DNA of 64,000 nt from Candidatus Collierbacteria bacterium GW2011_GWB2_45_17 (GCA_001001485.1 LCKO01000005.1:3552-67551); one strand, 5' to 3'. Counted from the first letter of the stretch, positions 10,697-19,663 are shown. Made by a program: numbers and translations. The notes: a model not told the origin generated them from the sequence alone.

Positions 10697-12706
10697 ATGT
10701 CACCTGAAAAAAGAAACCCCGAAAAAGTACTTGGTGAACTGGAACATATCCCTGTGGCAAGACTTCGAAAAATAATTCGAGAACAAATACGAGAGCATCC
10801 AAACTTTGTTCTCATTGGAGAAACCGGCTCCGGAAAGACGACCTGTCTACCACCTCTACTTCTCGAACTGAGGGACGAACTGGGACTCACCGGCAAGATT
10901 GGCGTCACTCAACCCAGACGAGTAGCCACCAGAAGCGTGACTACTAGAGTTTCAGACATGATGGGCTGTGATGTGGGGGGATCAGTCGGCTATCATGTGC
11001 GATTTGAAGATTTTACCTCTGACAGTACCGACATTACTTTTATGACCGATGGTATTCTCCTGAGAAAAATTCAATTTGATCCTTTTCTTTCCGAGTTCTC
11101 TATTATCATGATCGATGAAGCGCACGAACGCAGTTTAAACATCGATCTTTGCCTCGGGTTATTAATCGATGTCAACAATACTCGTATCGGCACAGGCATG
11201 GAACCTCTTAGACTGGTCATCACCTCCGCCACCATCGAGAGAAATAAGTTCGCCGAATACATCGGTTTAGAAGATAAAGATAACTCGACTGAAATACCCG
11301 GGAAAATGTTTCCCGTAAAAGTATTTTACGAACCAGAAATCCCGTGGAGATATGACTATATGAAGGCCGCCGCCGATAAGGTGGAGTACCTATTAGAAAA
11401 TCATCTGGACGGAGATGTTCTCATCTTTATGCCTGGAAAAAAGGAAATTAACACCACCGTCGAATATTTAAAAGCTCTGACCAATAGAACTAAGCTGGAT
11501 ATTCTTCCTCTTCACGCGGAGTTGTCACCGGAAGAACAAGACAGGATTTTTTTACCCTCAAAAAATCGAAAGGTCATCGTCTCAACCAACATCGCTGAAA
11601 CATCGGTCACCATTGACGGTATCGTTCACGTTATCGACTCCGGCTTGATCAAACAAACCAGTTTTGATCCCAAAACAGGCATCGAGCAACTAATTTTGGT
11701 AGAACACGCTCTCAGTGGTCTAGACCAAAGAAAAGGTCGAGCGGGAAGAACCGCCCCCGGATATTGTTATCGATTGTTTACCGAGGACAGTTTGAGGCGT
11801 CGAAAAAAATTTCCATCCCCGGAAATAGAACGTTCTAATTTAAGTCAGGTAGTTCTAGCTATGAAAAAGGTTGGTATAGAAGATATTGAAAAGTTTAACT
11901 TTATCGATCCTCCCAATCGCGGAGCCATTCATCAAGCCATCAAAAATCTCACTTTATTAGGTGCTCTGGACGGAAGGGGGAAGATAACCAAAATAGGTGA
12001 GTTTATGGTCGATCTGGGGATTGATCCAAGGCTGGGACGGATGGTTATCGAAGCCACTAGACCGGATAGCTATTGTCTCAACAAGATCTGCACTATCGCT
12101 TCTTTTTTGGATGGAAAAAATATCTTCATTCGTCCGGAAGAAATCACTCAGGAAAGAGAAGCTAAGCGTCTCCATGAGAGATATAAAAAGGAAAAGGATT
12201 CGGACTTTATGGTTATTCTTAATATCTGGAACGCGTATGTCAAAAGCGGTTATGATAGTGACTGGGCCAAAGCCAATTATTTAAACGAGAAAACTCTGGA
12301 AGAAGCCAGAAAAGTTCGCTTGGAACTGCTGGATGTCTTGAAAAATCACCACTTATCGGTAGATGACAGTTTAAAACACAAGGTAAATGAAGACTCACTG
12401 GGGAAAGCCATTACTGCTGGCTTAATTACCAACCTCATGAAATACTCCGGCCGATCATGCTATCGAAAGCTGGATAATACCAAGGAAGATATTCATATTC
12501 ACCCTGGATCAATCTATTTTAGACAAAATCTTGGACCGCAGGCTATTTTGGTCTCCGACGAAATATTTATTAACACTCATGGCAAGGCCTATGCCAGCAA
12601 CTGTCTTCTGGTCAAGCCCGAGTGGATCCGTGAGCTCGCTCCACATTTAATGGGACAGATACTCAGCCGTCCCTCACGTAAAAACGTCTTCCGCCGCCAC
12701 CGCTAA
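10697..12706 (+). CDS. HrpA-like DEAH-box RNA helicase
   Basis: GETGSGKT, TQPRRVA, DEAHER, SAT, STNIAETS, QRKGRAGR. Confidence 0.9.
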   Translation: MSPEKRNPEKVLGELEHIPVARLRKIIREQIREHPNFVLIGETGSGKTTCLPPLLLELRDELGLTGKIGVTQPRRVATRSVTTRVSDMMGCDVGGSVGYHVRFEDFTSDSTDITFMTDGILLRKIQFDPFLSEFSIIMIDEAHERSLNIDLCLGLLIDVNNTRIGTGMEPLRLVITSATIERNKFAEYIGLEDKDNSTEIPGKMFPVKVFYEPEIPWRYDYMKAAADKVEYLLENHLDGDVLIFMPGKKEINTTVEYLKALTNRTKLDILPLHAELSPEEQDRIFLPSKNRKVIVSTNIAETSVTIDGIVHVIDSGLIKQTSFDPKTGIEQLILVEHALSGLDQRKGRAGRTAPGYCYRLFTEDSLRRRKKFPSPEIERSNLSQVVLAMKKVGIEDIEKFNFIDPPNRGAIHQAIKNLTLLGALDGRGKITKIGEFMVDLGIDPRLGRMVIEATRPDSYCLNKICTIASFLDGKNIFIRPEEITQEREAKRLHERYKKEKDSDFMVILNIWNAYVKSGYDSDWAKANYLNEKTLEEARKVRLELLDVLKNHHLSVDDSLKHKVNEDSLGKAITAGLITNLMKYSGRSCYRKLDNTKEDIHIHPGSIYFRQNLGPQAILVSDEIFINTHGKAYASNCLLVKPEWIRELAPHLMGQILSRPSRKNVFRRHR

Positions 12707-12713
12707 CTTTCTT

Positions 12714-12758
12714 AGGGCCAGGCCTTAGAGGGTCCCAGATCTGCAAGGCCTGGCCCTG
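12714..12758. repeat. Paired short REP-like palindromes between convergent genes
   Basis: AGGGCCAGGCCTT...AAGGCCTGGCCCT inverted pair; related CAAGGA-N-TCCTTG type palindromes near 2101-2116 and 34973-35018. Confidence 0.5.
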
Positions 12759-12771
12759 TTGAACTCCATCA

Positions 12772-13446
12772 TCAATCCGTATACACGATCTCCTTCTTCT
12801 TAAACCGATACAGCTCCGCCGGTCGGTGAGCTCCGCCTGAGGACTTTACCCCCACCGGTAGCAGTAAATCAATCGAAAGCATTTTTTTACGAAAGTTTCT
12901 TTTATCAAGCGATTTATTAAGGATAACTTCATAAACATTCTGCAAATCAGTCAAGGTAAAATGATCGGGTAACAAACCAAAGCTGATATTGGTGTACCCC
13001 AGCTTACTTCGAAGTCTCTCCAAGCCGTAAAGGAAAATATCTTGGTGGTCAAAGGCCAGTTTGGGAAGATCGGCAATGGGAAAAAATTCTGCCTGGTAAA
13101 CATCACCAGAAGCTCGCAAAGACCAATGTGACTTGGTTACCAGAGCCATATAGGTTACCGAAATTACTCTAGTCCTTGGGTCGCGTTTTGGACTGCCAAA
13201 GGTATAGAGCTGTTCCAGGTAGACATTTTTTACTCCGCTTTCCTCTTCCAGCTCTCTCACAGCCGCTTCGTCCAGAGACTCGTTCATCTTCACAAATCCA
13301 CCTGGAAGTGACCAAGAGTCCTTAAAGGGCTCGTCTTTTCTACGAACCAATAAGATCTTAAGGTGGTCGGAATCAATTGTAAATAACAACACATCTACGG
13401 CCAAAGACGGTCTGTCATATTTAGTCACATCATATCCTTTTACCAT
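12772..13446 (-). CDS. nrtR: NrtR family Nudix-related transcriptional regulator
   Basis: Nudix box GGFV...ESLDEAAVRELEEE, RDPR, LAFDH, wHTH with DKRNFRKK...HRPAELY. Confidence 0.9.
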   Translation of the reverse strand: MVKGYDVTKYDRPSLAVDVLLFTIDSDHLKILLVRRKDEPFKDSWSLPGGFVKMNESLDEAAVRELEEESGVKNVYLEQLYTFGSPKRDPRTRVISVTYMALVTKSHWSLRASGDVYQAEFFPIADLPKLAFDHQDIFLYGLERLRSKLGYTNISFGLLPDHFTLTDLQNVYEVILNKSLDKRNFRKKMLSIDLLLPVGVKSSGGAHRPAELYRFKKKEIVYTD

Positions 13447-13461
13447 GTGTCCATTATACAC
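13447..13461. promoter_or_regulatory. NrtR operator (autoregulatory)
   Basis: GTGT-CCATTAT-ACAC abutting the nrtR ATG; fits the GT-N7-AC NrtR core. Confidence 0.75.
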
Positions 13462-13471
13462 TAAGAACTAG

Positions 13472-15049
13472 CTACTTTCCAGACGCCTCAATCTCAGTTA
13501 GCATTGCTTTTGATTGCCACAGTTTTGGGTTCAGTCGCAACGCTTCGGTAAAACCTTGTTTAGCTTTTTCCACGTCACCTAGCTTCAGATAGGAGTTTGC
13601 TCGATTGTGAACAGCGTCAGCGTAGAGTGGATTAAGTTCGATTGCTTTGGTAAATTCCTCAATTGATTTCACCAAGTTCCCCTGATTGGCATAGGCGTCT
13701 CCCAAATTATTATGATTTTGCGAGCTACTTGGAGAAATAAATTCCGCCGAAAACCAGAGGGTGTCGGCCGTTCTCCAGTCTCGAATTCGGTCCAGACTTC
13801 TCAAAGACATCGCCAAAACTACCACCCCGACAAAAACATAAAGTGTTTTATTCCATCTTTTATTTGAAAACAAACTATCAAGACAGATAGCTAAAATCAC
13901 CGCCAAACCTGCAAACATCAAATAGGCATATCTTTCAGCTACGAGCGACCCTACTCGAATGGGCAAGAGTAACAACAGTAGAGACGAAATCGAAAATACC
14001 ATCCAAAACCATACGTCTCGATTCCTTTTACTCACCATCATTAGGCACCAACCGACAATTACTGTCAGACTGCCATATTTAAGTAAGTTAGGAAGACTCA
14101 AGTCCAGTTCCGAGTGATACAATGTCAATCCAGCCGGCCACAAATATAACCAAATATAATAACCAATGGTGATCAAAAATTTAGAAATTGGATTGTCCCA
14201 TGATCCAATAGTGGTGTAGTTCTCAATTTTTAAAACCTCAATCCGTTCTCCCAGTACCGACAACATTTCCAACCCTCTCACCAAAGCCAGTCCGAACCAG
14301 GCGATAAGAAGCCACCGTTTTGTTACAAGTTTGCCTCTATACCAGTCCCACCAGAGTAACAACAGTGGTAGAAAAACGTATTTTTCGTTTGACATCAACG
14401 TCATCGTCCACAAGCCGATTTCTGTAAAATTTTTAAGTGGAGTGCGCTTGTCGTCTAGATGAAGATACAAACTCCCCATGGCCAGCATTCCCCCTAACGC
14501 ATAAGGCATACCCGAAATCCACACCACGGACTCCAGAATGGGTGGGGCTACGATAAAAAAAAGACAAGCCATCATGGCTGTTCGAAATGGGTTTGATCTT
14601 CGAACGATCAAAAAAAGCAACGTCGATGTTACCAGATGAAAAACAATATTTGCCAAACGGAAAGCCCAAGGCATCACTCCAAAGGTATTTGCTATCAGAA
14701 AGTGAACCATATTTGCCCAAAATCCGAGAATGGCGTGTGTGGCAAGGCTCCATGTTCCTAATTGGGGGTTGTTCAGAATCGCCGGAATATCATCGGAGAC
14801 AAAGGCGTTTCCCAGGCTGGTAGAAAGTACCAAAAAAGCCATCACCAAAACTACCCCTAAAATTTGTACTTCGTAACTCTGAGGAACAAACATTTCCTCT
14901 TTTATACCCAGTAAATCTCTTGCCTCACTTACCGAAATCTCTAAATGATCGGCAATTTCTACCGCACCAAGCTTATACTTGTGTTTTTTAAACCACTTTT
15001 TCTGTTTAGTACTTAGTTGAATCTCCATTTGCCTCACACCTTCAATCAT
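13472..15049 (-). CDS. TMTC-like membrane protein (GT-C-type fold plus C-terminal TPRs)
   Basis: FVSDD loop, many TM segments, AERYAY, TPR repeats HNNLGDAY... Confidence 0.8.
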   Translation of the reverse strand: MIEGVRQMEIQLSTKQKKWFKKHKYKLGAVEIADHLEISVSEARDLLGIKEEMFVPQSYEVQILGVVLVMAFLVLSTSLGNAFVSDDIPAILNNPQLGTWSLATHAILGFWANMVHFLIANTFGVMPWAFRLANIVFHLVTSTLLFLIVRRSNPFRTAMMACLFFIVAPPILESVVWISGMPYALGGMLAMGSLYLHLDDKRTPLKNFTEIGLWTMTLMSNEKYVFLPLLLLWWDWYRGKLVTKRWLLIAWFGLALVRGLEMLSVLGERIEVLKIENYTTIGSWDNPISKFLITIGYYIWLYLWPAGLTLYHSELDLSLPNLLKYGSLTVIVGWCLMMVSKRNRDVWFWMVFSISSLLLLLLPIRVGSLVAERYAYLMFAGLAVILAICLDSLFSNKRWNKTLYVFVGVVVLAMSLRSLDRIRDWRTADTLWFSAEFISPSSSQNHNNLGDAYANQGNLVKSIEEFTKAIELNPLYADAVHNRANSYLKLGDVEKAKQGFTEALRLNPKLWQSKAMLTEIEASGK

Positions 15050-15232
15050 ATACCAGCCACAAATTGATCTTCATCTTCGTCGCACCGGAATACATCGGAA
15101 CGTACGTGATCTACATTCCCTACGAGACACTACTTGATCTAACTCTCAGGTGTCCAATTATGGGCACCTTTTTATAACAAAACTTCTAGTTATTGGCCCT
15201 GCCTGCCGGTTTACCCGCCGGTAGGCGGGTTC

Positions 15233-15350
15233 TCTCAACACATGGTTCAAATTAACAATCTCGCCATAAAATACCCACTGATTAAGAGAATATTTTACCA
15301 GTGGGTATTTGGTACTTGAGACAGCATATGACCTTACGGTCAAAGTGCCT
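15233..15350. ncRNA. Core of the conserved structured non-coding module (copy A, internally deleted)
   Basis: TCTCAAC..ATGG..CGCCATAAAATA[hairpin]..TTGAGACAGCAT shared with 16653-16781 and 49013-49189. Confidence 0.55.
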
Positions 15351-15398
15351 CATACAACAATTCGTGCAATTAATTATCGGTTTATAATTAACAAACAT

Positions 15399-16222
15399 AT
15401 GACTAAAGGTGAAAAACTCAAACATTTGCAAATGTACTTCAATCCCAACACTGTGGAATCATTTTCAAAACTAGAACAAAACGAAAAGAACTACATGGTT
15501 GCGGAAGCAGTAGATAGAATTATTATTAATGAGATAAAAGATATACCCAATCCCTTGATGGTGGCCGAACTAGGGGGAGGAGCTCATCCTGATAGATATG
15601 AGGCTCTCTTTAAAAATTGCTTCAAGAACCTAACGGTCATATCGATTGGATTGATGTTTCAGAATTGATGTTGGAGCAAGCCAAACGGTATTTGCGAGAG
15701 ACAAATCTGGAAGAACGTAACAAAGTAATTTCCTTTATTGAAATGGAAATATTGGACTATCTGAGTACCTTGGGTGACAACAGTCTTGACTTGGTTATTA
15801 TGAAGTATACTTTTGAACACATTGAGAATATTGATCAACTATTTTCATTACTTAGTCACAAACTTAAAAAAAATGGTAGGTTTGTTGCCACTCTGAGCAG
15901 TCTTAGTCCTCAACTAAAAAGTTCATCTACAAATGCACGATTTCTTTACAATGGTCAAGAATTTCCTCTAGATGAAACTAGAGAAATGACAGATGGTGAC
16001 ACTTTTACGATTCGTTTCTATAAACAATCCGGAAACCCCAGTGCGGGACATTTGGAAGGCGCAGAGACAACAAAATATTATCATTCAGAAAATAAGATGA
16101 AAGATCTTTCTCGGAAATACAACCTTGATATTCAGGTTGGTGATTGGAAAGAGATCGAAGGTGTTAGTCAAGGCAATCTCGAACAACTAAGCTTGGGAGT
16201 CTTGGTACTTAGAAAAAGATAA
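15399..16222 (+). pseudogene. Class I SAM-dependent methyltransferase, split by a frameshift near 15612-15616
   Basis: Motif I VAELGGG in one frame; WIDVSELMLEQA, DLVIMKYTFEH and LKKNGRF in the -1 frame. Confidence 0.75.
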
Positions 16223-16367
16223 ACAACTTACGGGAGAGTTAAAAAAGCCCTTCGCATCGCTCCGTGCGTGGGCGGGCGCACGGGCGATATCCCAGAAATC
16301 TGGGCGAAACTTCTTTGAGGTGAGGTGTTACAACGAAATTCGAACTTATTTTCGGGACCATTACTAG
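16214..16367 (+). pseudogene. C-terminal remnant of a putative large serine recombinase spanning the unit1/unit2 junction
   Basis: Open frame KDKQLTGELKKPFASLRAWAGARAISQKSGRNFFEVRCYNEIRTYFRDHY* with no start codon; family assignment from recall of CPR recombinase tails. Confidence 0.6.
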
Positions 16368-16781
16368 TTATTGGCTCACCGCTCGGCAAAATTGCCTCGC
16401 GGTTCGCCAACCCCGCCTGCCGCGGGGTATACCGTCGCGCGACACCACTGCCTGCCGGCAGGTCACCTCCAACTGCGGTTGTCAGTGAGCCATACGAACT
16501 CGGTATCCCGCCCTCGTCGTCAATGTGAGTTTCGATACTTCGAACCAAAGCAATCTCACTCCACTGACTCTCGGTCGGAATGAATTTCTCTACGAGCTAG
16601 CGCCAGCTATCGCTGTCGCATCTTTATGTTCGTCCGCCTAGGCGGACGAAGCTCTCAACATATGGCTCGAATTTCAATCTCGCCATAAAATACCCACAGA
16701 TAGGAAACCTATTTTATCAGTGGGTATTAAATCCTTGAGACAGCATTGGCCTATGGGCCAAGTGCTTGCTTCGCAGGCACA
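16324..16781. ncRNA. Conserved structured non-coding module (copy B); ncRNA or folded ssDNA element
   Basis: Collinear with 48713-49189; several hairpins show compensatory changes. Confidence 0.65.
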
Positions 16782-16846
16782 GATTCAAGATAGCGACTGG
16801 TTTATAATGTGCGTAAACAATAATAACAAACCCTTTCATTCTAACT

Positions 16847-17518
16847 ATGAATATAGACGAATTAATAATTAAACTCTCAATAGGTGATAAGCAAGAAATA
16901 AAAGAGGCAATTTGTTATATTGAAAAATTACCCAAAATAAGCAAAGAGAGAGTTCCTTCTGAGTACAAAGAATTACTGTTTTGGGCATTTAGAAATTATA
17001 GTTGTGTAAAAAGCTCGGTGCACAAGGTTGCTATTCTCAAGGGACTCAAATCACCATTTATGTACCTAGGGGCAAGGTATTATGAAGAATGTTCGGAATT
17101 TTTACTTCAAACCATACAAAGTTCGGACGGCAATATCAGAGAGCAAACCTATCATGCAGTCAATTGGTTTCTGACAGATATTACACCAAATGAGTTGTCC
17201 AGAAGAAAGAAAGATTATGAAAGACAGAAGGGTTGGTTGGTTGACTTTGTCATCAGATTAAACCAAGTTGCCAAAGAACACAAAGTCGAAGCAAAGGGGC
17301 TGCTTTATCTGAACGAAATGAGACCTTGTCCGTACAAATCGATCCAAAAAATACTAAGAAGAATTCTTACTAGCGAATGGTATCTGGAGATTATTCACCT
17401 GGCAGGATACGTTGAGCACCCTCACACACTGAGATTTTTGAAGATGAAAGATATGATTTTTGGGAAATTACTCCGCTTCAACTCGAACTTCACGAAACGC
17501 AATTCACCATGGAGATAA
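16847..17518 (+). CDS. Hypothetical alpha-helical protein (cassette cargo)
   Basis: 223 aa ORF downstream of TATAAT at 16803; AT-rich. Confidence 0.7.
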   Translation: MNIDELIIKLSIGDKQEIKEAICYIEKLPKISKERVPSEYKELLFWAFRNYSCVKSSVHKVAILKGLKSPFMYLGARYYEECSEFLLQTIQSSDGNIREQTYHAVNWFLTDITPNELSRRKKDYERQKGWLVDFVIRLNQVAKEHKVEAKGLLYLNEMRPCPYKSIQKILRRILTSEWYLEIIHLAGYVEHPHTLRFLKMKDMIFGKLLRFNSNFTKRNSPWR

Positions 17519-17540
17519 GAAAGGGTATAAAATAATCCTG

Positions 17541-17729
17541 ATGGACGAGAAGAAAACTAAATTTTACCAGTCTTACGCGAACCTTCCTCTAGAACTGCGT
17601 TCAGAGATATGCATCGTCATTGACGGTGAGCCGATAACATGGAATATAGCAAAGTTCGAGCTAGATAATGGTACAACCAAAGGACTTGAGATTCTTCAAA
17701 AATTATTTGATCTAAACATTCTAAAATGA
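17541..17729 (+). CDS. Small hypothetical protein (62 aa)
   Basis: MDEKKTKFYQSYANLP...; ATGA overlap with the next gene; -10-like hexamer just upstream. Confidence 0.7.
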   Translation: MDEKKTKFYQSYANLPLELRSEICIVIDGEPITWNIAKFELDNGTTKGLEILQKLFDLNILK

Positions 17730-17959
17730 CGCAAAAAATAACTGATGATGAAATAAGGAGCTTGGTTATCGAAAGACTCAAGTCTATCTCGGATGAATCA
17801 AGCTTGATGATTGGTGGCGATAAAAAACTTTCAAAGTCAGACATGATAAAAAGTGTCCAAAATGGTGACGATACGGGAAAAAAAATCATCGATATGCAAA
17901 TGACATATCTGAGAGATCTGGCGAGTGGAAAATTGATGGAAAATATAATGTCACTTTAA
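17726..17959 (+). CDS. Small hypothetical protein (77 aa)
   Basis: Translationally coupled to the upstream ORF; 4 nt gap to the next gene. Confidence 0.72.
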   Translation: MTQKITDDEIRSLVIERLKSISDESSLMIGGDKKLSKSDMIKSVQNGDDTGKKIIDMQMTYLRDLASGKLMENIMSL

Positions 17960-17963
17960 AATT

Positions 17964-18605
17964 ATGGCCGGAATTATTATCACTCGGCCAAACCACGATC
18001 AAATTACCACCTATATTTCTTTATGGTCAGAGGCAGTGATTTTGTTCGCCAAAACAAAAGGGCACTCCATATTCGATTTGTTTAGCAAGAAAGCAGATCG
18101 AAAGTCGTTAGAACAATATCTTACAACCAACAATCTAAGTTTTTTATTTCTGAACGGACACGGATCTTCAGATGAAATTTGTGGGTACAACGATGAAGTC
18201 TTACTCGACGATGAAACCCAACCCACTCTCATTCTAGGTTTAATAATATACGCCAGAAGTTGTAATGCCGGTGAAAATCTAGGTCAGATATTAGTTACCA
18301 AGGGAGTCAAAGCTTTTATCGGTTACACAAAGTCTTTTTCTTTTGCTACTAGTAATAAATTTGTCTTCAGACCCAAAGAAGACCCACTAGCTAGATTATT
18401 TCTAGAACCCTCAAATCTTGTGGCAACCACTATCATCAAAGGGAACACTGTCCAAGAAGCCCACCAAAGGTCAGTATTGGAGATGAGAAAGACGCTTTCC
18501 GAAATGATTCTGTCCAATATTCCAAATAAAAAGGATTACGCATTTGCGCTTTACAACAACATGCTTGGTCAGACTGTAATTGGGGACGGGCAGGCCAAGA
18601 TATAA
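17964..18605 (+). CDS. Putative caspase/gingipain(C25)-fold cysteine peptidase
   Basis: FLFLNGHGS...IIYARSCNAG...GVKAFIGY His/Cys dyad pattern; ends VIGD. Confidence 0.6.
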   Translation: MAGIIITRPNHDQITTYISLWSEAVILFAKTKGHSIFDLFSKKADRKSLEQYLTTNNLSFLFLNGHGSSDEICGYNDEVLLDDETQPTLILGLIIYARSCNAGENLGQILVTKGVKAFIGYTKSFSFATSNKFVFRPKEDPLARLFLEPSNLVATTIIKGNTVQEAHQRSVLEMRKTLSEMILSNIPNKKDYAFALYNNMLGQTVIGDGQAKI

Positions 18606-18611
18606 GACAGT

Positions 18612-19397
18612 ATGGATTTAATTGCAGATATTAAAGATGTAGTATTTTTCCAAGATTTCTTGGCATTTTTAAGGTATCTTGAAAGACAACCAATTTCCAA
18701 AACAGTGAAGGGTAACATATCCAGAAAAGACATTGTTTCTTTGGCTGACACAATGAAGTGTATTAAAGATAGAATTGCTGAATATTCTAAATATGACTGG
18801 AAAATAGTCGGCGAATGGCAGTTAAAGGATATCGACAAAATCAAGAAAATAGCCGAGGTAATGTTTTTGACCTACAACAGAAAGGAAAAATTGCTTTTAT
18901 CAAAAAACGGCAGAGGTTACATTAACCATAATGATAGGTTGATTCAGTACAAAGAGATGGTCCTTCACTATTTTGAGAGATTGAGTTGGGACTATTTTCA
19001 TCCAAGCATGGATACAAGGAACAGTATTCCATTTTTGGATGTTCTCCAAGCAAGTCAAAATATTTTGTGGCGAATATTTTTATCAAACGGAACAAAATGG
19101 ATTGAGTTCAAACAATTTCAAGAATCGCTAATAAACAACTTTTGTATAGATGATTGTATCGATTCAGAGGATACTTACAATGGAGCATATCAGGCGGATA
19201 TAGAACACGGATTTCTTCGTCCTCTACTTGAGTTTGGCTGTATTGATACTGAGACTGAAGTAATTTCGCAACGTTTAGAATTTACTAGAATAACAAAATT
19301 TCGACCTACAAATCTTGGTTTGTATATTTTTAGAGAAGAAGTAGAGAATTCTCTCTACACAGGTACTTGTCCCATCAGAGATTTGTGGAAAAAATAA
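18612..19397 (+). CDS. Hypothetical protein (cassette cargo)
   Basis: 261 aa ORF in the operon; stop directly abuts the recombinase remnant. Confidence 0.7.
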   Translation: MDLIADIKDVVFFQDFLAFLRYLERQPISKTVKGNISRKDIVSLADTMKCIKDRIAEYSKYDWKIVGEWQLKDIDKIKKIAEVMFLTYNRKEKLLLSKNGRGYINHNDRLIQYKEMVLHYFERLSWDYFHPSMDTRNSIPFLDVLQASQNILWRIFLSNGTKWIEFKQFQESLINNFCIDDCIDSEDTYNGAYQADIEHGFLRPLLEFGCIDTETEVISQRLEFTRITKFRPTNLGLYIFREEVENSLYTGTCPIRDLWKK

Positions 19398-19398
19398 G

Positions 19399-19588
19399 GC
19401 GCAAAAAGTCGCGCGACCGGATACCACTGGCGAAGATTTGTGAATCTTCGCTAAAAACATCGGCTCGAACTACTTTTTGAAAGATAAACAACTTACTGGA
19501 GAATTAAAAAAGCCCTTCGCATCGCTCCGTGCGTGAGCGGGCGCACGGGCGATGGGTCAGAGTACTGACGATTTTTTCTTAAAGGTGA
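19399..19588 (+). pseudogene. Recombinase C-terminal remnant reading into antisense tRNA-Glu
   Basis: AQKVARPDTTGEDL*IFAKNIGSNYFLKDKQLTGELKKPFASLRA*AGARA...; two in-frame stops. Confidence 0.6.
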
Positions 19589-19658
19589 CCCCGGGCGGAT
19601 TCGAACCGCCGATATTCAGGATGAAAACCTGACGTCCTAACCACTAGACGACGGGGCC
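19586..19658 (-). tRNA. tRNA-Glu(TTC)
   Basis: GGCCCCG acceptor; TCAGG-TTTTCAT-CCTGA; GGTTCGAATCC. Confidence 0.95.
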
Positions 19659-19663
19659 GTGAG

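Larger units (their letters stand above)
15172..16323 (+). mobile_element. tRNA-integrated cassette unit 1 (degenerate left end; methyltransferase cargo)
   Basis: Left end TTATAAC...CTAGTTATTGGC plus conserved core 15233-15350; right end recombinase-like fragment 16214-16323 nearly identical to 19480-19552. Confidence 0.65.
16318..19588 (+). mobile_element. tRNA-Glu-integrated cassette unit 2
   Basis: AGGTGA direct repeat at 16318-16323 and 19583-19588 (overlaps tRNA-Glu 3' end); T-loop mimic TTCGAAC 15 nt inside the left end; structured module, cargo genes and recombinase tail. Confidence 0.75.

Noticed and set aside
16461-16469. GGTCACCTC in module B is complementary to the presumed target GAGGTGACC, suggesting a bridge-RNA-like guide
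   Set aside because: Module C has no equivalent match to its tRNA-Gln target, and a single 9-nt match could be chance. Worth retesting with more copies
16228-16583. ORFs 16228-16548, 16325-16528 and 16371-16583
   Set aside because: They lie in the GC-rich hairpin module, their frames are not conserved in copy C, and they show no protein-like motifs
16324-16781. Group I/II intron, tmRNA, RNase P or known riboswitch
   Set aside because: No domain V, P7 core, tag peptide or GAGGAAAGTCC signature that I could recognise; the module is multi-copy and tied to cassette ends
15172-19588. CRISPR array or classical integron attC array
   Set aside because: No regularly spaced short repeats, no cas or intI genes, and no RYYYAAC/GTTRRRY attC boxes
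19399-19630. TGA readthrough (alternative genetic code) in the recombinase remnant
   Set aside because: TGA ends many core genes here (gatC, gatA, secG), so code 11 applies; the sister copy at 16269 has TGG, so the stops reflect decay
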